DNA from: a virus
Lineage: Duplodnaviria > Caudoviricetes
IMG/VR virus record: IMGVR_UViG_3300027732_000064
Span: 1 to 36,046 of that record
DNA: 36,046 bases
Reading direction: 5' to 3' (one strand)
Part shown: one piece after another, positions 25,770 to 35,308 of the stretch
How positions within the stretch are numbered: position 1 is the stretch's first letter
How the letters are laid out: the number at the start of each line of letters is the position of its first letter
The notes under the pieces: model-generated
What the model saw: the letters and a program-made list of their open reading frames with translations, nothing else
Told to the model about the DNA's origin: nothing
The model's database searches: none
Made by a program: the position numbers and the translations under genes

Positions 25770-27952
25770 ACATGAACGAACTCCCAATCAGCACCGATGT
25801 CTCAGCGCAGGAGCCGATGGACGATGACGAGTTGCAGGCGATCATTACGCAGGACATCACCGACGCGATCAGTTATATCGACACCGACATCTCCCCAACC
25901 CGCGCCCGTGGCACTGAGTACTATCGTGGCGATCCCTTCGGGAATGAGGAGGAAGGTCGTTCCCAGGTTGTGGCTATGGAAGTCCGCGACACCGTCAGCG
26001 CAATGCTGCCCAGCCTGATGCGTGTGTTTTTCAGCACAGAGAATGTTGTCGAGTACACCCCACAGGGTCCTGAAGACGTAGAGAGTTCCAAGCAAGCCAC
26101 CGACTACGCCAACTTCATCTTCACCAAGGACAACAACGGTTTCATGACCACCTACGCGATCTTTAAAGACGCGCTGGTGCGTAAGTGCGGAATTGCAAAG
26201 TACTGGTGGGAAGAGGTCGAAAGCGTCCGAATTGAAGAGTACAGCGGACTCGATGACCAGACCCTGCAACTTTTAGAAGACGAGGCCGCCGAGGTCAAGA
26301 TCGTTGTCTCGTACCCTGACCCTGCGTTTGAGATGCAGATGCAGCAGATGCAGCCACAGATTGACCCGATGACCGGCCAGCCCGTCCCAATGCCACCACC
26401 CCCGATGCTGCACGATGTGCAGATCAAGCGCGTGATGAAGGATGGCCGAATCAAGATCATGGCCGTCCCACCCGAAGAGTTATTGCTTGACCGTCGCGCA
26501 CGTTCCTTTGATGATGCCGGAATCATCGCCCACCGAAAGATGGCCACAGTCGCTGAGTTGATGGCAATGGGCTACGACGAGGACGAGATTGAGGAGAACA
26601 TCAGTTCCACCGACTTGGACAACAACGAGGAGTACCTGGCTCGCCAGCCCCTGTCCACCACCTTCGGAACTAACGACTCTGCCAACCCAATGCAGCGTCG
26701 CGTCTTGTATATCGAGGCATACGCACGGATCGACTATGACGGCGACGGCATCCCTGAGTTGCGCAAGATTTGCTGTATCGGAGCCGGTTACAAGGTTGTC
26801 CGCAACTTACCCGCGTCTTACAACCCATTCGTGGACTTCCCCTGCGACCCTGAACCACACACATCCCCACTTGAGGCGATGTCCATCTTTGACATCACGC
26901 ACGACATCCAAGAGATCAAGTCCGAGATTCTGCGCAACACCCTTGACTCTTTGGCGCAGGCCATTCACCCCCGCACCGCGGTGGTCGAGGGTCAGGTCAA
27001 CATGGATGACGTGCTGAACAATGAGACTGGAGCCGTCATCCGTATGCGCGCGCCTGGCATGGTGCAGCCGTTTTCCACCCCATTTGTCGGACAGGCAGCC
27101 TTCCCGATGCTGGACTACATCGATCAGATCAAGGAAGACCGCACCGGCATGAGCAAGGCAGCGATGGGTCTAAACGCTGATGCGTTGCAATCCAGCACCA
27201 AGGCCGCGGTTGCGGCCACCATCAGCGCAAGCCAAGGACGGATCGAACTGACGGCACGTCTGATGGCCGAGGGCATGAAGAAACTCTTTAAGGGAATCTT
27301 GTTCCTGATGACTACGCACCAGGACAAGCCTCGGATGATTCGTCTGCGCAACGACTTTGTGGAGATCGACCCCCGTGCGTGGAATGCCAACATGGACGTG
27401 AACATCAATATCGGTCTTGGCAACGGCGACATGAACGAGCGTATGCAAGCCCTGATGATGATCTCCGCAAAGCAGCAGGAGGCTCTGACCCAACTCGGAC
27501 CACAGAACCCTTTGGTGACCCCGTCCCAGTACGCCTACACATTGCGCAAGATTGTGGAGATGTCCGGCTTTGCCGATACCAGCCAGTACTTCAACGCGAT
27601 CCCTGCTGACTACCAGCCGCCACCAGCCCCAGCACCAAAACTAAGCCCTGAAGAGGTATTGGCGCAGGTCCAGGCTAAGTCAATCGAGGCCGACATTCAG
27701 AAAAAAGCGGCTGAGTTGGAACTCAAGCGCGATCAGATGATTCGTGACGACGACTTCCGTCGTGACCAAATGGCTCAAGATGGACTACTAAAGAAATACG
27801 AACTTGAGTTAAAGTACAACACACAGATCAGTACTGCGGAGATTAAGGCTGCGCAGTCAATGGATCGAGAAGTATTGCAGCAACAGGCAAATATTGTCAA
27901 TCAGGCGATGCAACCTATGGCTGCGCCCATCAACCCTACAGGAATGGCGTAA
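25766..27952 (+). CDS. Portal protein (P22/SU10-like)
   Basis: 728 aa; YY.G.PFGNE.EGRSQVV, KDAL....G..K..W and E.RTG motifs; upstream of scaffold and capsid. Confidence 0.92.
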   Translation: MNMNELPISTDVSAQEPMDDDELQAIITQDITDAISYIDTDISPTRARGTEYYRGDPFGNEEEGRSQVVAMEVRDTVSAMLPSLMRVFFSTENVVEYTPQGPEDVESSKQATDYANFIFTKDNNGFMTTYAIFKDALVRKCGIAKYWWEEVESVRIEEYSGLDDQTLQLLEDEAAEVKIVVSYPDPAFEMQMQQMQPQIDPMTGQPVPMPPPPMLHDVQIKRVMKDGRIKIMAVPPEELLLDRRARSFDDAGIIAHRKMATVAELMAMGYDEDEIEENISSTDLDNNEEYLARQPLSTTFGTNDSANPMQRRVLYIEAYARIDYDGDGIPELRKICCIGAGYKVVRNLPASYNPFVDFPCDPEPHTSPLEAMSIFDITHDIQEIKSEILRNTLDSLAQAIHPRTAVVEGQVNMDDVLNNETGAVIRMRAPGMVQPFSTPFVGQAAFPMLDYIDQIKEDRTGMSKAAMGLNADALQSSTKAAVAATISASQGRIELTARLMAEGMKKLFKGILFLMTTHQDKPRMIRLRNDFVEIDPRAWNANMDVNINIGLGNGDMNERMQALMMISAKQQEALTQLGPQNPLVTPSQYAYTLRKIVEMSGFADTSQYFNAIPADYQPPPAPAPKLSPEEVLAQVQAKSIEADIQKKAAELELKRDQMIRDDDFRRDQMAQDGLLKKYELELKYNTQISTAEIKAAQSMDREVLQQQANIVNQAMQPMAAPINPTGMA

Positions 27953-28207
27953 ATGAATGACGAAGAAGTAGTTCGCAAGGGCTTGAAGGCCAAACAGTTC
28001 TTGGAGGATGAATCCTTCAACACTGCCATCAACAAGATGGAGGCAGATCAGGTCTGGGTTTTCAGGTCTACCAAGCCCGAAGAGTCAGCCAAACGTGAGA
28101 TCGCTTGGTCTATGCTCAAGGCAATTGAGAATCTGAAAATAGAATTATCGAAAATGATGGACAACGCAAAGGTGGCACAACGTGCCATCGAGCGTGTCAG
28201 TAAGTAA
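27953..28207 (+). CDS. Small head-module protein
   Basis: 84-aa helical ORF between portal and scaffold. Confidence 0.75.
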   Translation: MNDEEVVRKGLKAKQFLEDESFNTAINKMEADQVWVFRSTKPEESAKREIAWSMLKAIENLKIELSKMMDNAKVAQRAIERVSK

Positions 28208-28220
28208 TTAGAAAGCAGCC

Positions 28221-29219
28221 ATGTCAACAACACCAACCCCACAAGGAAGTGTCCCAGCAGGGCCAATGAGTATCACCGAAGCGGTGAATGCAATCTCTTC
28301 AATACTGCCCGATGAGGGAGAACAGTCAATTGACGAGGCGCAAATAGAGGAGGAGCAATCCGACTCTGCGGCGTTGGACGAAGAATTATCGGATAGTGCA
28401 GACGCAGCCGATGACGAAACGAACAACGAACAGTCTGAAGAAAGTGATGAATCTGAAGAGGAAAGCCAGCCACAGACCTTCACCGTCAAAGTTGACGGAC
28501 AAGAAGTATCGGTGACATTGGACGAACTCCAAAAAGGTTACTCACGGACACAAGACTACACACGGAAGACGCAGCAAATTGCTGAAGTGCGCAAGCAAGT
28601 CGAGCAAGAGGCTGAAGCAATCCGTGCCGAGCGTAGTCAGTACGCTCAGTTACTTGGAGCGTTGCAAGTTCAAGTTCAGCAAGCAGCCGAACCACAGATC
28701 GACTGGGACCGTCTCTACCAAGAGGACCCCATCGAATGGGTACGGCAGAAAGAGGTGATGCGTGAAAACCAAGAGAAGGCTAGGGCTATTCAATCCGAAC
28801 AGCAACGGCTTAATCAGATTTCACAGCAGGAGCAAGCACAGAATATGCAGCAATTTCTTGCTCAAGAGCAGGATTTGTTGCTGAAGGCACTGCCTCAATG
28901 GAGCGATCCAGAGAAGGCAAAAGCCGAGAAGTCCATGCTGATCGAGTTCGGCCAAAGGGCTGGATTTGCACCTGATGAACTGAAGAACATATTTGACCAC
29001 CGAGTCGTATCGGTACTGCGTAAAGCAGCCCTGTACGAGCAGATGATGTCCAAGAGGGGCAACATCAAACCGGTAGTCAACAACGGCCCTCGCCCTGCCA
29101 AGCCTGGTGCAGCAGGTCGCGTCTCACAGTCAACTGGAAGTACTCTCGCACAAAAGCGTCTTGCAAAAACGGGTCGCGTCCAAGACGCGGCCTCCGCAAT
29201 TGAACTTCTACTTAAATGA
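28221..29219 (+). CDS. Capsid scaffolding protein
   Basis: Acidic N-terminus, VKVDGQE..VTLDEL.KGYSR..DYTRKTQ and coiled coil. Confidence 0.9.
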   Translation: MSTTPTPQGSVPAGPMSITEAVNAISSILPDEGEQSIDEAQIEEEQSDSAALDEELSDSADAADDETNNEQSEESDESEEESQPQTFTVKVDGQEVSVTLDELQKGYSRTQDYTRKTQQIAEVRKQVEQEAEAIRAERSQYAQLLGALQVQVQQAAEPQIDWDRLYQEDPIEWVRQKEVMRENQEKARAIQSEQQRLNQISQQEQAQNMQQFLAQEQDLLLKALPQWSDPEKAKAEKSMLIEFGQRAGFAPDELKNIFDHRVVSVLRKAALYEQMMSKRGNIKPVVNNGPRPAKPGAAGRVSQSTGSTLAQKRLAKTGRVQDAASAIELLLK

Positions 29220-29228
29220 GGCACTTAA

Positions 29229-30191
29229 ATGGCTATTGTTGCTAATACCTTCACCACCTACTCTGCCAAGGGTATCCGTGAAGACCTTTCCAATGTAATC
29301 ACAAACATTTCTCCTGAAGAGACACCTTATATGTCCAACATTGGACGTGAGAATGTTTCTAACAGCCTGTACGAATGGCAAACCGACGTACTCGCCGCTG
29401 CTGCTGCAAATGCACAGTTGGAGGGTGATGACGTTACATCATTCGACTCAGTGACTGCAACTGTTCGTTTGCAAAACTACGCGCAAATCTCTCGCAAGAC
29501 TATCGTGTTGTCCGCAACTGAAGAGACTGTCAACAAGGCTGGCCGTCGCTCTGAGTTGGCTTATCAGATCGCCAAGCGCGGCTCTGAGTTGAAGCGTGAC
29601 CAAGAGTTCAGTATGCTTAACAGCGCAGTTGCTGCTGCTGGTAGCACTACTGTTGCTCGTGCGACTGCTGCCTTGCAATCGTTTATCAAGACCAACGTTG
29701 ATATGCAGACCAACGGTGCTAACCCATCGTACACAACCCTGCCAAGCAGCGCACGTACAGACGGTAACGTCCGTACTTTCACCGAGACAATTTTGAAGAA
29801 CGTCATTCAGCAAGTATGGACTTCCGGCGGCTCTCCAAAAATCTTGATGACTGGTCCTGTCAACAAGCAACGCGTATCCGGTTTCTCCGGCATTGCATCT
29901 TCTCGTTTCAACATTGATGGCGGCGCACGTCCTGCCACCATCGTTGGCGCAGCAGACGTTTACGTCAGCGACTTCGGGAACGTGCAAGTGGTTCCCAACC
30001 GTTTCCAACGTGAGCGTGACGCTTTCGTAATCGATCCTGATTACGCAAAGATGACCGTCCTCCGTCCTTACCAACAAGTTGAGTTGGCTAAGACCGGCGA
30101 CGCTGAAAAGCGTATGTTGATCGTCGAGTGGGGTCACAAGGTGTTGGCAGAGAATGCTCATGGCATTGCTGCTGACTTAGTTACTTCTTAA
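29229..30191 (+). CDS. Major capsid protein (SU10/DUF5309-like)
   Basis: GIREDLS.VI.NISPEETP, EWQTD, NYAQI..K, ELKRD.E, Y.SDFG and LAKTGD. Confidence 0.93.
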   Translation: MAIVANTFTTYSAKGIREDLSNVITNISPEETPYMSNIGRENVSNSLYEWQTDVLAAAAANAQLEGDDVTSFDSVTATVRLQNYAQISRKTIVLSATEETVNKAGRRSELAYQIAKRGSELKRDQEFSMLNSAVAAAGSTTVARATAALQSFIKTNVDMQTNGANPSYTTLPSSARTDGNVRTFTETILKNVIQQVWTSGGSPKILMTGPVNKQRVSGFSGIASSRFNIDGGARPATIVGAADVYVSDFGNVQVVPNRFQRERDAFVIDPDYAKMTVLRPYQQVELAKTGDAEKRMLIVEWGHKVLAENAHGIAADLVTS

Positions 30192-30202
30192 AAGTAAAAA
30201 GG

Positions 30203-30231
30203 AAAGGGCCAGGGAAACCTGGCTCTTTTTT
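30203..30231 (+). terminator. Intrinsic terminator after the capsid gene
   Basis: GGGCCAGG-GAAA-CCTGGCTC followed by T6. Confidence 0.85.
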
Positions 30232-30233
30232 AC

Positions 30234-30548
30234 ATGATTGAATCCAAACATTTTGATCGCAATGATGCCTTGGGCATCAATCGCACATGGCACTACAACA
30301 CGGAAACCGATGAGGCGACCATTGAAACCAAGCAGGACATCACTGCGATCATTGAAGAGAACAAGCAGGACTTCAACCTGCAAGAGAAACACTCCAAGTA
30401 CGGAGAGTGGAATAAGGTCGCAAGCATCCCTCTGAGTATCTACTTTGAACTCAAGGCGCAGGGTAAGTTGGACGATGACGCGTACATGAAACGCTGGTTA
30501 AACGACCCCGAAAACCGCTACTTTAGAACTCGCCCAGGACAAGTATGA
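30234..30548 (+). CDS. Conserved hypothetical head-module protein
   Basis: QDI..II..NK, VASIP and WLNDPENR.FRT; no clear SD. Confidence 0.8.
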   Translation: MIESKHFDRNDALGINRTWHYNTETDEATIETKQDITAIIEENKQDFNLQEKHSKYGEWNKVASIPLSIYFELKAQGKLDDDAYMKRWLNDPENRYFRTRPGQV

Positions 30549-31201
30549 ATTACATTGCAGTCTGCACCCCAGCGCGTGACATGGTCCACGCAAACTACAC
30601 CTATTGCATGGTCAACATGGTGGCGTACCACACCCTGAACACCACAGACGCAATTGCTCTGAAGATCATGCAGGGTACGTTGATCCAAAACCAACGAGCA
30701 GACCTTTGCCTTGACGCAATGCGCGAGAACTGCACTCATGTTCTGTTTATTGACTCCGACATGACGTTCCCCCAGGACATGATTGAGAGGCTGCTAAAGC
30801 ACGACCTTGACATCGTGGCAACCAACTGCGCACGTCGCAGGATGCCTACGGGTCCAACGGCTCAGAAGTACGGCCCTGACGGAGAGCGCGAGTTGGTCTA
30901 CACAATGCCCGAATCCACAGGCGTTGAGGAAGTTGGCAGCATCGGGATGGGTGTGATGCTTATCAAGCGCAACGTCTTTGAGGCGTTGACAGAGCCTTGG
31001 TTTGAGACCCCTTGGCGCACCGACAAACGTGGCTACATTGGCGAGGATATTTTCTTTTGCCGCAAGGCGCAGGCCGCAGGGTTTAAGATATGGATTGACC
31101 ACGACGTGTCCAAAGAAATTGGACACATTGGGACGTTTGAATTCAAGCACGACCACACATGGGTCATGCGTGACCTTGAGGAAAAGGAAAAGGCTACCTA
31201 A
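30545..31201 (+). CDS. GT-A fold glycosyltransferase
   Basis: THVLFIDSDM (DxD), GMGVMLIKRNVF, GEDIFFC and IGH. Confidence 0.85.
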   Translation: MNYIAVCTPARDMVHANYTYCMVNMVAYHTLNTTDAIALKIMQGTLIQNQRADLCLDAMRENCTHVLFIDSDMTFPQDMIERLLKHDLDIVATNCARRRMPTGPTAQKYGPDGERELVYTMPESTGVEEVGSIGMGVMLIKRNVFEALTEPWFETPWRTDKRGYIGEDIFFCRKAQAAGFKIWIDHDVSKEIGHIGTFEFKHDHTWVMRDLEEKEKAT

Positions 31202-31821
31202 TGGCTCTAACGACATACACCGAACTCAAGGCATCATTAGCGGACTGGCTTGTCCGTGCCGACCTGACGGCTGCAATCCCTGACTTCATTTCTCTGGCCG
31301 AGGCTCAGATCGAACGCAACTTGCGTACACGTCAGATGATTGTCCGCGCTGATGCGTATATCAACACTGAGTACAGTGCGGTTCCTGACAACTTCCTAGA
31401 GACACGAGCATTTAAGTTAAACACAAACCCAGTGACTCCAATGCAGTTTGAGACTATGGACTCGCTGGACATATTGGCATCACGCACAAACGCAGCAGGA
31501 AAACCGACCTACTTCAGCATAGTTGGAAGTCAGATTCGCGTTGTCCCAGCCCCTGATACATCGTACACAGGCGAACTAACCTACTACGCAAAGTTAACTA
31601 AGTTATCAAGTTCGGTTGCAACAAACTTCCTGTTGACCTCATCCCCTGACATCTACCTGTACGGCGCACTCTTGCAGGCCGCGCCTTACCTACAGGACGA
31701 CGCAAGAATCTCTGTCTGGTCTGCGCTGTACCTTGCTGGACTTGAGCAATTGCAACTCGCAGATGATCGAAGCACAACATCGGGCGGTTCTCTGACTGCA
31801 CGAGCAAGAACACTAGGCTAA
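31201..31821 (+). CDS. Head-tail adaptor (tail tubular A-like)
   Basis: TYTELK...ADWL.R.DL...IPDFI.LAE..I.R.LR and PD.YLYGAL. Confidence 0.85.
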   Translation: MALTTYTELKASLADWLVRADLTAAIPDFISLAEAQIERNLRTRQMIVRADAYINTEYSAVPDNFLETRAFKLNTNPVTPMQFETMDSLDILASRTNAAGKPTYFSIVGSQIRVVPAPDTSYTGELTYYAKLTKLSSSVATNFLLTSSPDIYLYGALLQAAPYLQDDARISVWSALYLAGLEQLQLADDRSTTSGGSLTARARTLG

Positions 31822-31823
31822 AA

Positions 31824-32012
31824 ATGCTAATCACTACGACCAAAGGCGAAATGGATGACTCCCTACTTGAGAAAAAAGAAGGGATAATTGATACCGACAC
31901 AGAGACAACTAACTGGGTTGAATACTGGCTTGCCAGTGAGTTGGTGCATCGGTCTGTGAATATGGTTTTGAAACGTAGCGTTTTTGCCCAAGGCGAAACG
32001 CAACAAATTTAA
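31824..32012 (+). CDS. Small hypothetical tail-module protein
   Basis: 62-aa ORF filling the gap. Confidence 0.7.
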   Translation: MLITTTKGEMDDSLLEKKEGIIDTDTETTNWVEYWLASELVHRSVNMVLKRSVFAQGETQQI

Positions 32013-32023
32013 GGGGAAATATC

Positions 32024-32479
32024 ATCGCTAATACACAAGCCCTCTGCACCAGCTTCAAAGGTGAACTCTTGGTCGGCCATCATAATTTTGGTACTGGTGT
32101 AGTGCGTGCCGCTACAACTGCTGATTCATTCAAAGCAGCCTTGTATCTGGCATCTGCCACCGTCAATGCGGATACCACAGCCTACTCAGCCTCTGATGAG
32201 GTATCAGGTACTGGCTACACGGCTGGCGGTGTTGCTGTGACGTTTGGCACACCCCCAAGCACAAGTGGTACAACAGCGTTTGTTACCCCAAGCGCAAGCA
32301 TTTCTTACTCTGCCGTGACTCTCTCTACAGCCTTTGATTGCGTCCTGATCTACAACTCGACCCAATCCAACAAGGCTGTGAGTGTGCATACCTTTGGCTC
32401 GCAGACCGTTACCGCTGGCACGTTCACCCTGACAATGCCCGTCAATGACGCAAGCACCGGCCTGATTCGGCTGGCTTAA
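32024..32479 (+). CDS. Virion structural protein; likely start at the ATC at 32024
   Basis: (I)ANTQALCTSFKGELL.G.HNF...FKAALY...GYTAGG; AAGGGG SD 7 nt upstream; the track starts it at TTG 32069. Confidence 0.75.
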   Translation: MANTQALCTSFKGELLVGHHNFGTGVVRAATTADSFKAALYLASATVNADTTAYSASDEVSGTGYTAGGVAVTFGTPPSTSGTTAFVTPSASISYSAVTLSTAFDCVLIYNSTQSNKAVSVHTFGSQTVTAGTFTLTMPVNDASTGLIRLA

Positions 32480-32494
32480 CGCGGGAGCAGCGGC

Positions 32495-33013
32495 ATGGCT
32501 GCTTACGGCACAGGCTATTACGGCAGGGGAGCCTATGGCATAGGCAATGTTGTCATCAGTGGCAACTCGTCTACCTCTGCCGTCGGCACGTTGCTGGCTG
32601 GTAGATCAATCCAAGAGGATGGGACGATTGCTACCGGCAATGTCGGAACGATCAGCCTGTCTGTGTCTATTGCCATCACAGGCAACTCAGCCGCAGGTTC
32701 TGTCCAATCCCTCTTTGTATCGCCAAGGATTACAGGCATCAGCACAACGGGTGCTGTTGGCACAATGCTTGCCGAGGTTATCTCGTTCCAGGACATTACT
32801 GGAGTTGAGGGGACTGTCTCCGCAGGCACTGCCACAAGCGTCGTTTCTGTTGCGATAATTGGCGTACAAACTAATTCATCAGTAGGGACGATGATTGGAT
32901 TCGGATGGGGTGCAGTTCCTGATACGTCAGAGACTTGGTCACCCATATCTGATACGTCAGAGACTTGGACTGTAGTTGCAGATAATTCGACAACGTGGCA
33001 AGAGGCCGCATAA
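32495..33013 (+). CDS. Gly/Ser/Thr-rich virion protein
   Basis: YGTGYYGRGAYG start, repeated G...TG.VGT units and C-terminal 10-aa Trp repeats. Confidence 0.75.
   Translation: MAAYGTGYYGRGAYGIGNVVISGNSSTSAVGTLLAGRSIQEDGTIATGNVGTISLSVSIAITGNSAAGSVQSLFVSPRITGISTTGAVGTMLAEVISFQDITGVEGTVSAGTATSVVSVAIIGVQTNSSVGTMIGFGWGAVPDTSETWSPISDTSETWTVVADNSTTWQEAA
32919..32968 (+). repeat. 20-bp exact direct repeat with 30-nt period
   Basis: CTGATACGTCAGAGACTTGG at 32919 and 32949, encoding DTSETW twice. Confidence 0.9.
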
Positions 33014-33023
33014 GAGGTGAAAT

Positions 33024-33527
33024 ATGGCTGATACAACGACGACGAACCTATTACTTACCAAACCTGAAGTTGGTGCAAGCACTGACACATGGGGTACTAA
33101 GGTCAATACTGACTTGGATGCTGTAGACGCTGTATTTGCAGCGGCAGGTACTGGCACATCGGTAGGTCTCAACATTGGTTCAGGCAAAACATTGGCGGTT
33201 GCGGGAACATTTACTGTTTCAGCCACCGATGCCATCAAGGTCGCATCAGGCACAACCGCACAGCGTCCAGGCACACCGGCCACTGCCCAGTTTCGATTCA
33301 ACACCACGCTGACAAAGTTTGAGGGATACAACGGGACTGCATGGGCATCCGTTGGTGGTGGTGCTACCGGCGCGGGATCAGACACCGTCTTCTATGAAAA
33401 CACGAAGGTGGTCAGCGGTAACTACACCATCACGGCATCAAATAACGCTCACTCTGTTGGACCAATCACCATCAACAGCGGTGTCTCTGTCACCGTTCCA
33501 TCTGGCTCACGCTGGGTCATTTTGTAA
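33024..33527 (+). CDS. Proximal tail fibre / fibre adaptor
   Basis: GAGG SD; [16 protein letters not shown] anchor, GTTAQRP, RFNT....FEGYNG..W and C-terminal SVGPITI. Confidence 0.8.
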   Translation: MADTTTTNLLLTKPEVGASTDTWGTKVNTDLDAVDAVFAAAGTGTSVGLNIGSGKTLAVAGTFTVSATDAIKVASGTTAQRPGTPATAQFRFNTTLTKFEGYNGTAWASVGGGATGAGSDTVFYENTKVVSGNYTITASNNAHSVGPITINSGVSVTVPSGSRWVIL

Positions 33528-33536
33528 AGGAAATAT

Positions 33537-34094
33537 ATGTCGTCTGTAATTATTTCAGGAGATACCAGCGGGGCTGTAACAGTAACAGTTCCTGCCGTAG
33601 CTGGTACTAATACAGTTACTATTCCAGCTTCTACTGGCACAGTAATGGTGTCAGGTAATATGCCAGCTTTTAGGGCATATTTACCCACAGCAAACCAATC
33701 TATCACTGCTGGAGTCAATACAAAAGTGGCGTTAAGTGCAGAAACATTTGACACTAATAACAACTTTGACTCAACTACAAATTACAGGTTTACTCCAACA
33801 GTAGCTGGTTATTATTTTGTGCATGGCATTATTTTTCATTCCGCTAACGGAACACGACCTTCCGCTGCTCAGACAATGATTTATAAAAACGGCGTAATAG
33901 CTGCTTCAAGCGTATTGAACATTTCAACCGCAAATCAATTAGTTGTGTCCGTTGAGGTGTCTTCCATGTTTTCTATGAACGGAAGCACAGATTATTTAGA
34001 GTTATACGGTAGCCAAACAGGGGGATCGTCCAATATTTTTGGTTTAGGTGAAACGGTAACATTTTTTGAAGCCTGCTTGGTAAGGAGCGCATAA
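33537..34094 (+). CDS. Short fibre/adhesin with C1q-like domain
   Basis: PAFRAY...NQSI....TKV....E.FDT...FD..NYRFTP.VAGYY...NGSTDYLELY. Confidence 0.8.
   Translation: MSSVIISGDTSGAVTVTVPAVAGTNTVTIPASTGTVMVSGNMPAFRAYLPTANQSITAGVNTKVALSAETFDTNNNFDSTTNYRFTPTVAGYYFVHGIIFHSANGTRPSAAQTMIYKNGVIAASSVLNISTANQLVVSVEVSSMFSMNGSTDYLELYGSQTGGSSNIFGLGETVTFFEACLVRSA
33669..34036 (+). repeat. 368-bp direct repeat, copy 1
   Basis: Matches 35679-36046 with 7 mismatches and no gaps (offset 2010). Confidence 0.97.
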
Positions 34095-34684
34095 TGGCAC
34101 AACTTGTTTTAACCTCTGACACACTGGCAGGTACGCCAGCCACAGGTACGCTCGAGTACAACGGTCAGTTCTTTGGTACTGATAGTGCTGCTGCTAGGGC
34201 GCAGATGCAGCGGATCACCCAAGGCACGGCTGTGGCATCCACATCGGGTACTTCAATTGACTTCACTAGCATCCCTGCTTGGGTGAAACGGATTACGGTG
34301 ATGTTTAACGCTGTGAGTACTAACGGTACTTCTGGTTTTGCAGTACAGCTTGGAACATCTGGCGGTTTAGAAACTACAGGTTATTTGTCTGGGTGTTCTT
34401 ACGCTCAAACCGGCAACCAAGCTCAAGCAACAAACTCAACAACAAGTTTACTTTGTGCTTTTCTAACTGGAGCCGCGCTTACCAACGCCGGGAGCGTTGC
34501 TATATCTTCTGTTGGCTCAAATGCTTGGGTAAGCTCAGGAACCATCTGCACATCCTCAACGTACAATTATTTTAGCGGCGGTGCTAAAACTTTGACGGGG
34601 ACACTAGACCGCATCCGCATCACCACAGTCAACGGCACTGACACCTTTGACGCTGGTTCAATTAACATTTTGTACGAGGGTTAA
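34094..34684 (+). CDS. Short fibre/adhesin protein
   Basis: TSGTSIDFTSIP.WVKRIT...LDRIRITTVNGTDTFDAGSINILYE beta-sandwich type. Confidence 0.78.
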   Translation: MAQLVLTSDTLAGTPATGTLEYNGQFFGTDSAAARAQMQRITQGTAVASTSGTSIDFTSIPAWVKRITVMFNAVSTNGTSGFAVQLGTSGGLETTGYLSGCSYAQTGNQAQATNSTTSLLCAFLTGAALTNAGSVAISSVGSNAWVSSGTICTSSTYNYFSGGAKTLTGTLDRIRITTVNGTDTFDAGSINILYEG

Positions 34685-34687
34685 ATC

Positions 34688-35119
34688 ATGTCAGTAATAA
34701 TTGATGGAAACGGCACTATTACAGGTGCATCAACTTTGGCAACAACCGTTGCCAGCCCCACGCTGACCACGCCAAACATTAATTCTGCACAATTTGCAAC
34801 TGTGTCGGGTACTGCGCCAATCTATGGCGCAAGGGCTTGGGTAAGTTTTATTGGTACTGGTACTGTGACTATTCGTGCGAGTGGTAACGTCACCAGCATC
34901 ACGGATAATGGTACTGGTAACTACACAGTAAACTTTACAACTGCGTTGCCTGACGCAAATTATTCGGCTGTAGCAACAGGCGATGCAACAACAGCACTAC
35001 TTGCCGGGACGTTATCAAGTTCTGTAGCGCCGACCACAACAGCTATTCGGATAGTAACTTATAACGGTGCTGGCGCTAGTACAGACTGCGGGTTTTGCAA
35101 CGTGGCTGTCTTCCGTTAA
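34688..35119 (+). CDS. Short fibre-tip protein
   Basis: ARAWV.F.GT....IRASGNV.SITDNGTG.YTVNF..A.PDANY motif. Confidence 0.8.
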   Translation: MSVIIDGNGTITGASTLATTVASPTLTTPNINSAQFATVSGTAPIYGARAWVSFIGTGTVTIRASGNVTSITDNGTGNYTVNFTTALPDANYSAVATGDATTALLAGTLSSSVAPTTTAIRIVTYNGAGASTDCGFCNVAVFR

Positions 35120-35131
35120 TTAGGAACAAAA

Positions 35132-35308
35132 ATGACCAAACGAATTATTTACCCAACTGACGATGGTGGTGTTGCTGTCATTGTTCCCGCCGAATCTATT
35201 GAAGCAGCGATGAAAGACATTCCTGAAGGCAAGCTCTACAAGATTGTGGATGTTGCAGACATCCCCGAAGACCGCACATTTAGAGGAGCATGGACATGGG
35301 CATCGTAA
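35132..35308 (+). CDS. 58-aa fibre-assembly chaperone-like protein (N-half)
   Basis: Not in the track; MTKRIIYPTDDGGVAVIVPAE...KDIPEG..YKIVD..DIP.DRTFRGAW; AGGA SD. Confidence 0.78.
   Translation: MTKRIIYPTDDGGVAVIVPAESIEAAMKDIPEGKLYKIVDVADIPEDRTFRGAWTWAS

Noticed and set aside
29448-30161. 237-aa antisense ORF in the capsid gene, and similar antisense ORFs elsewhere in the track
   Set aside because: Explained by codon bias of the sense genes; no SD or motifs
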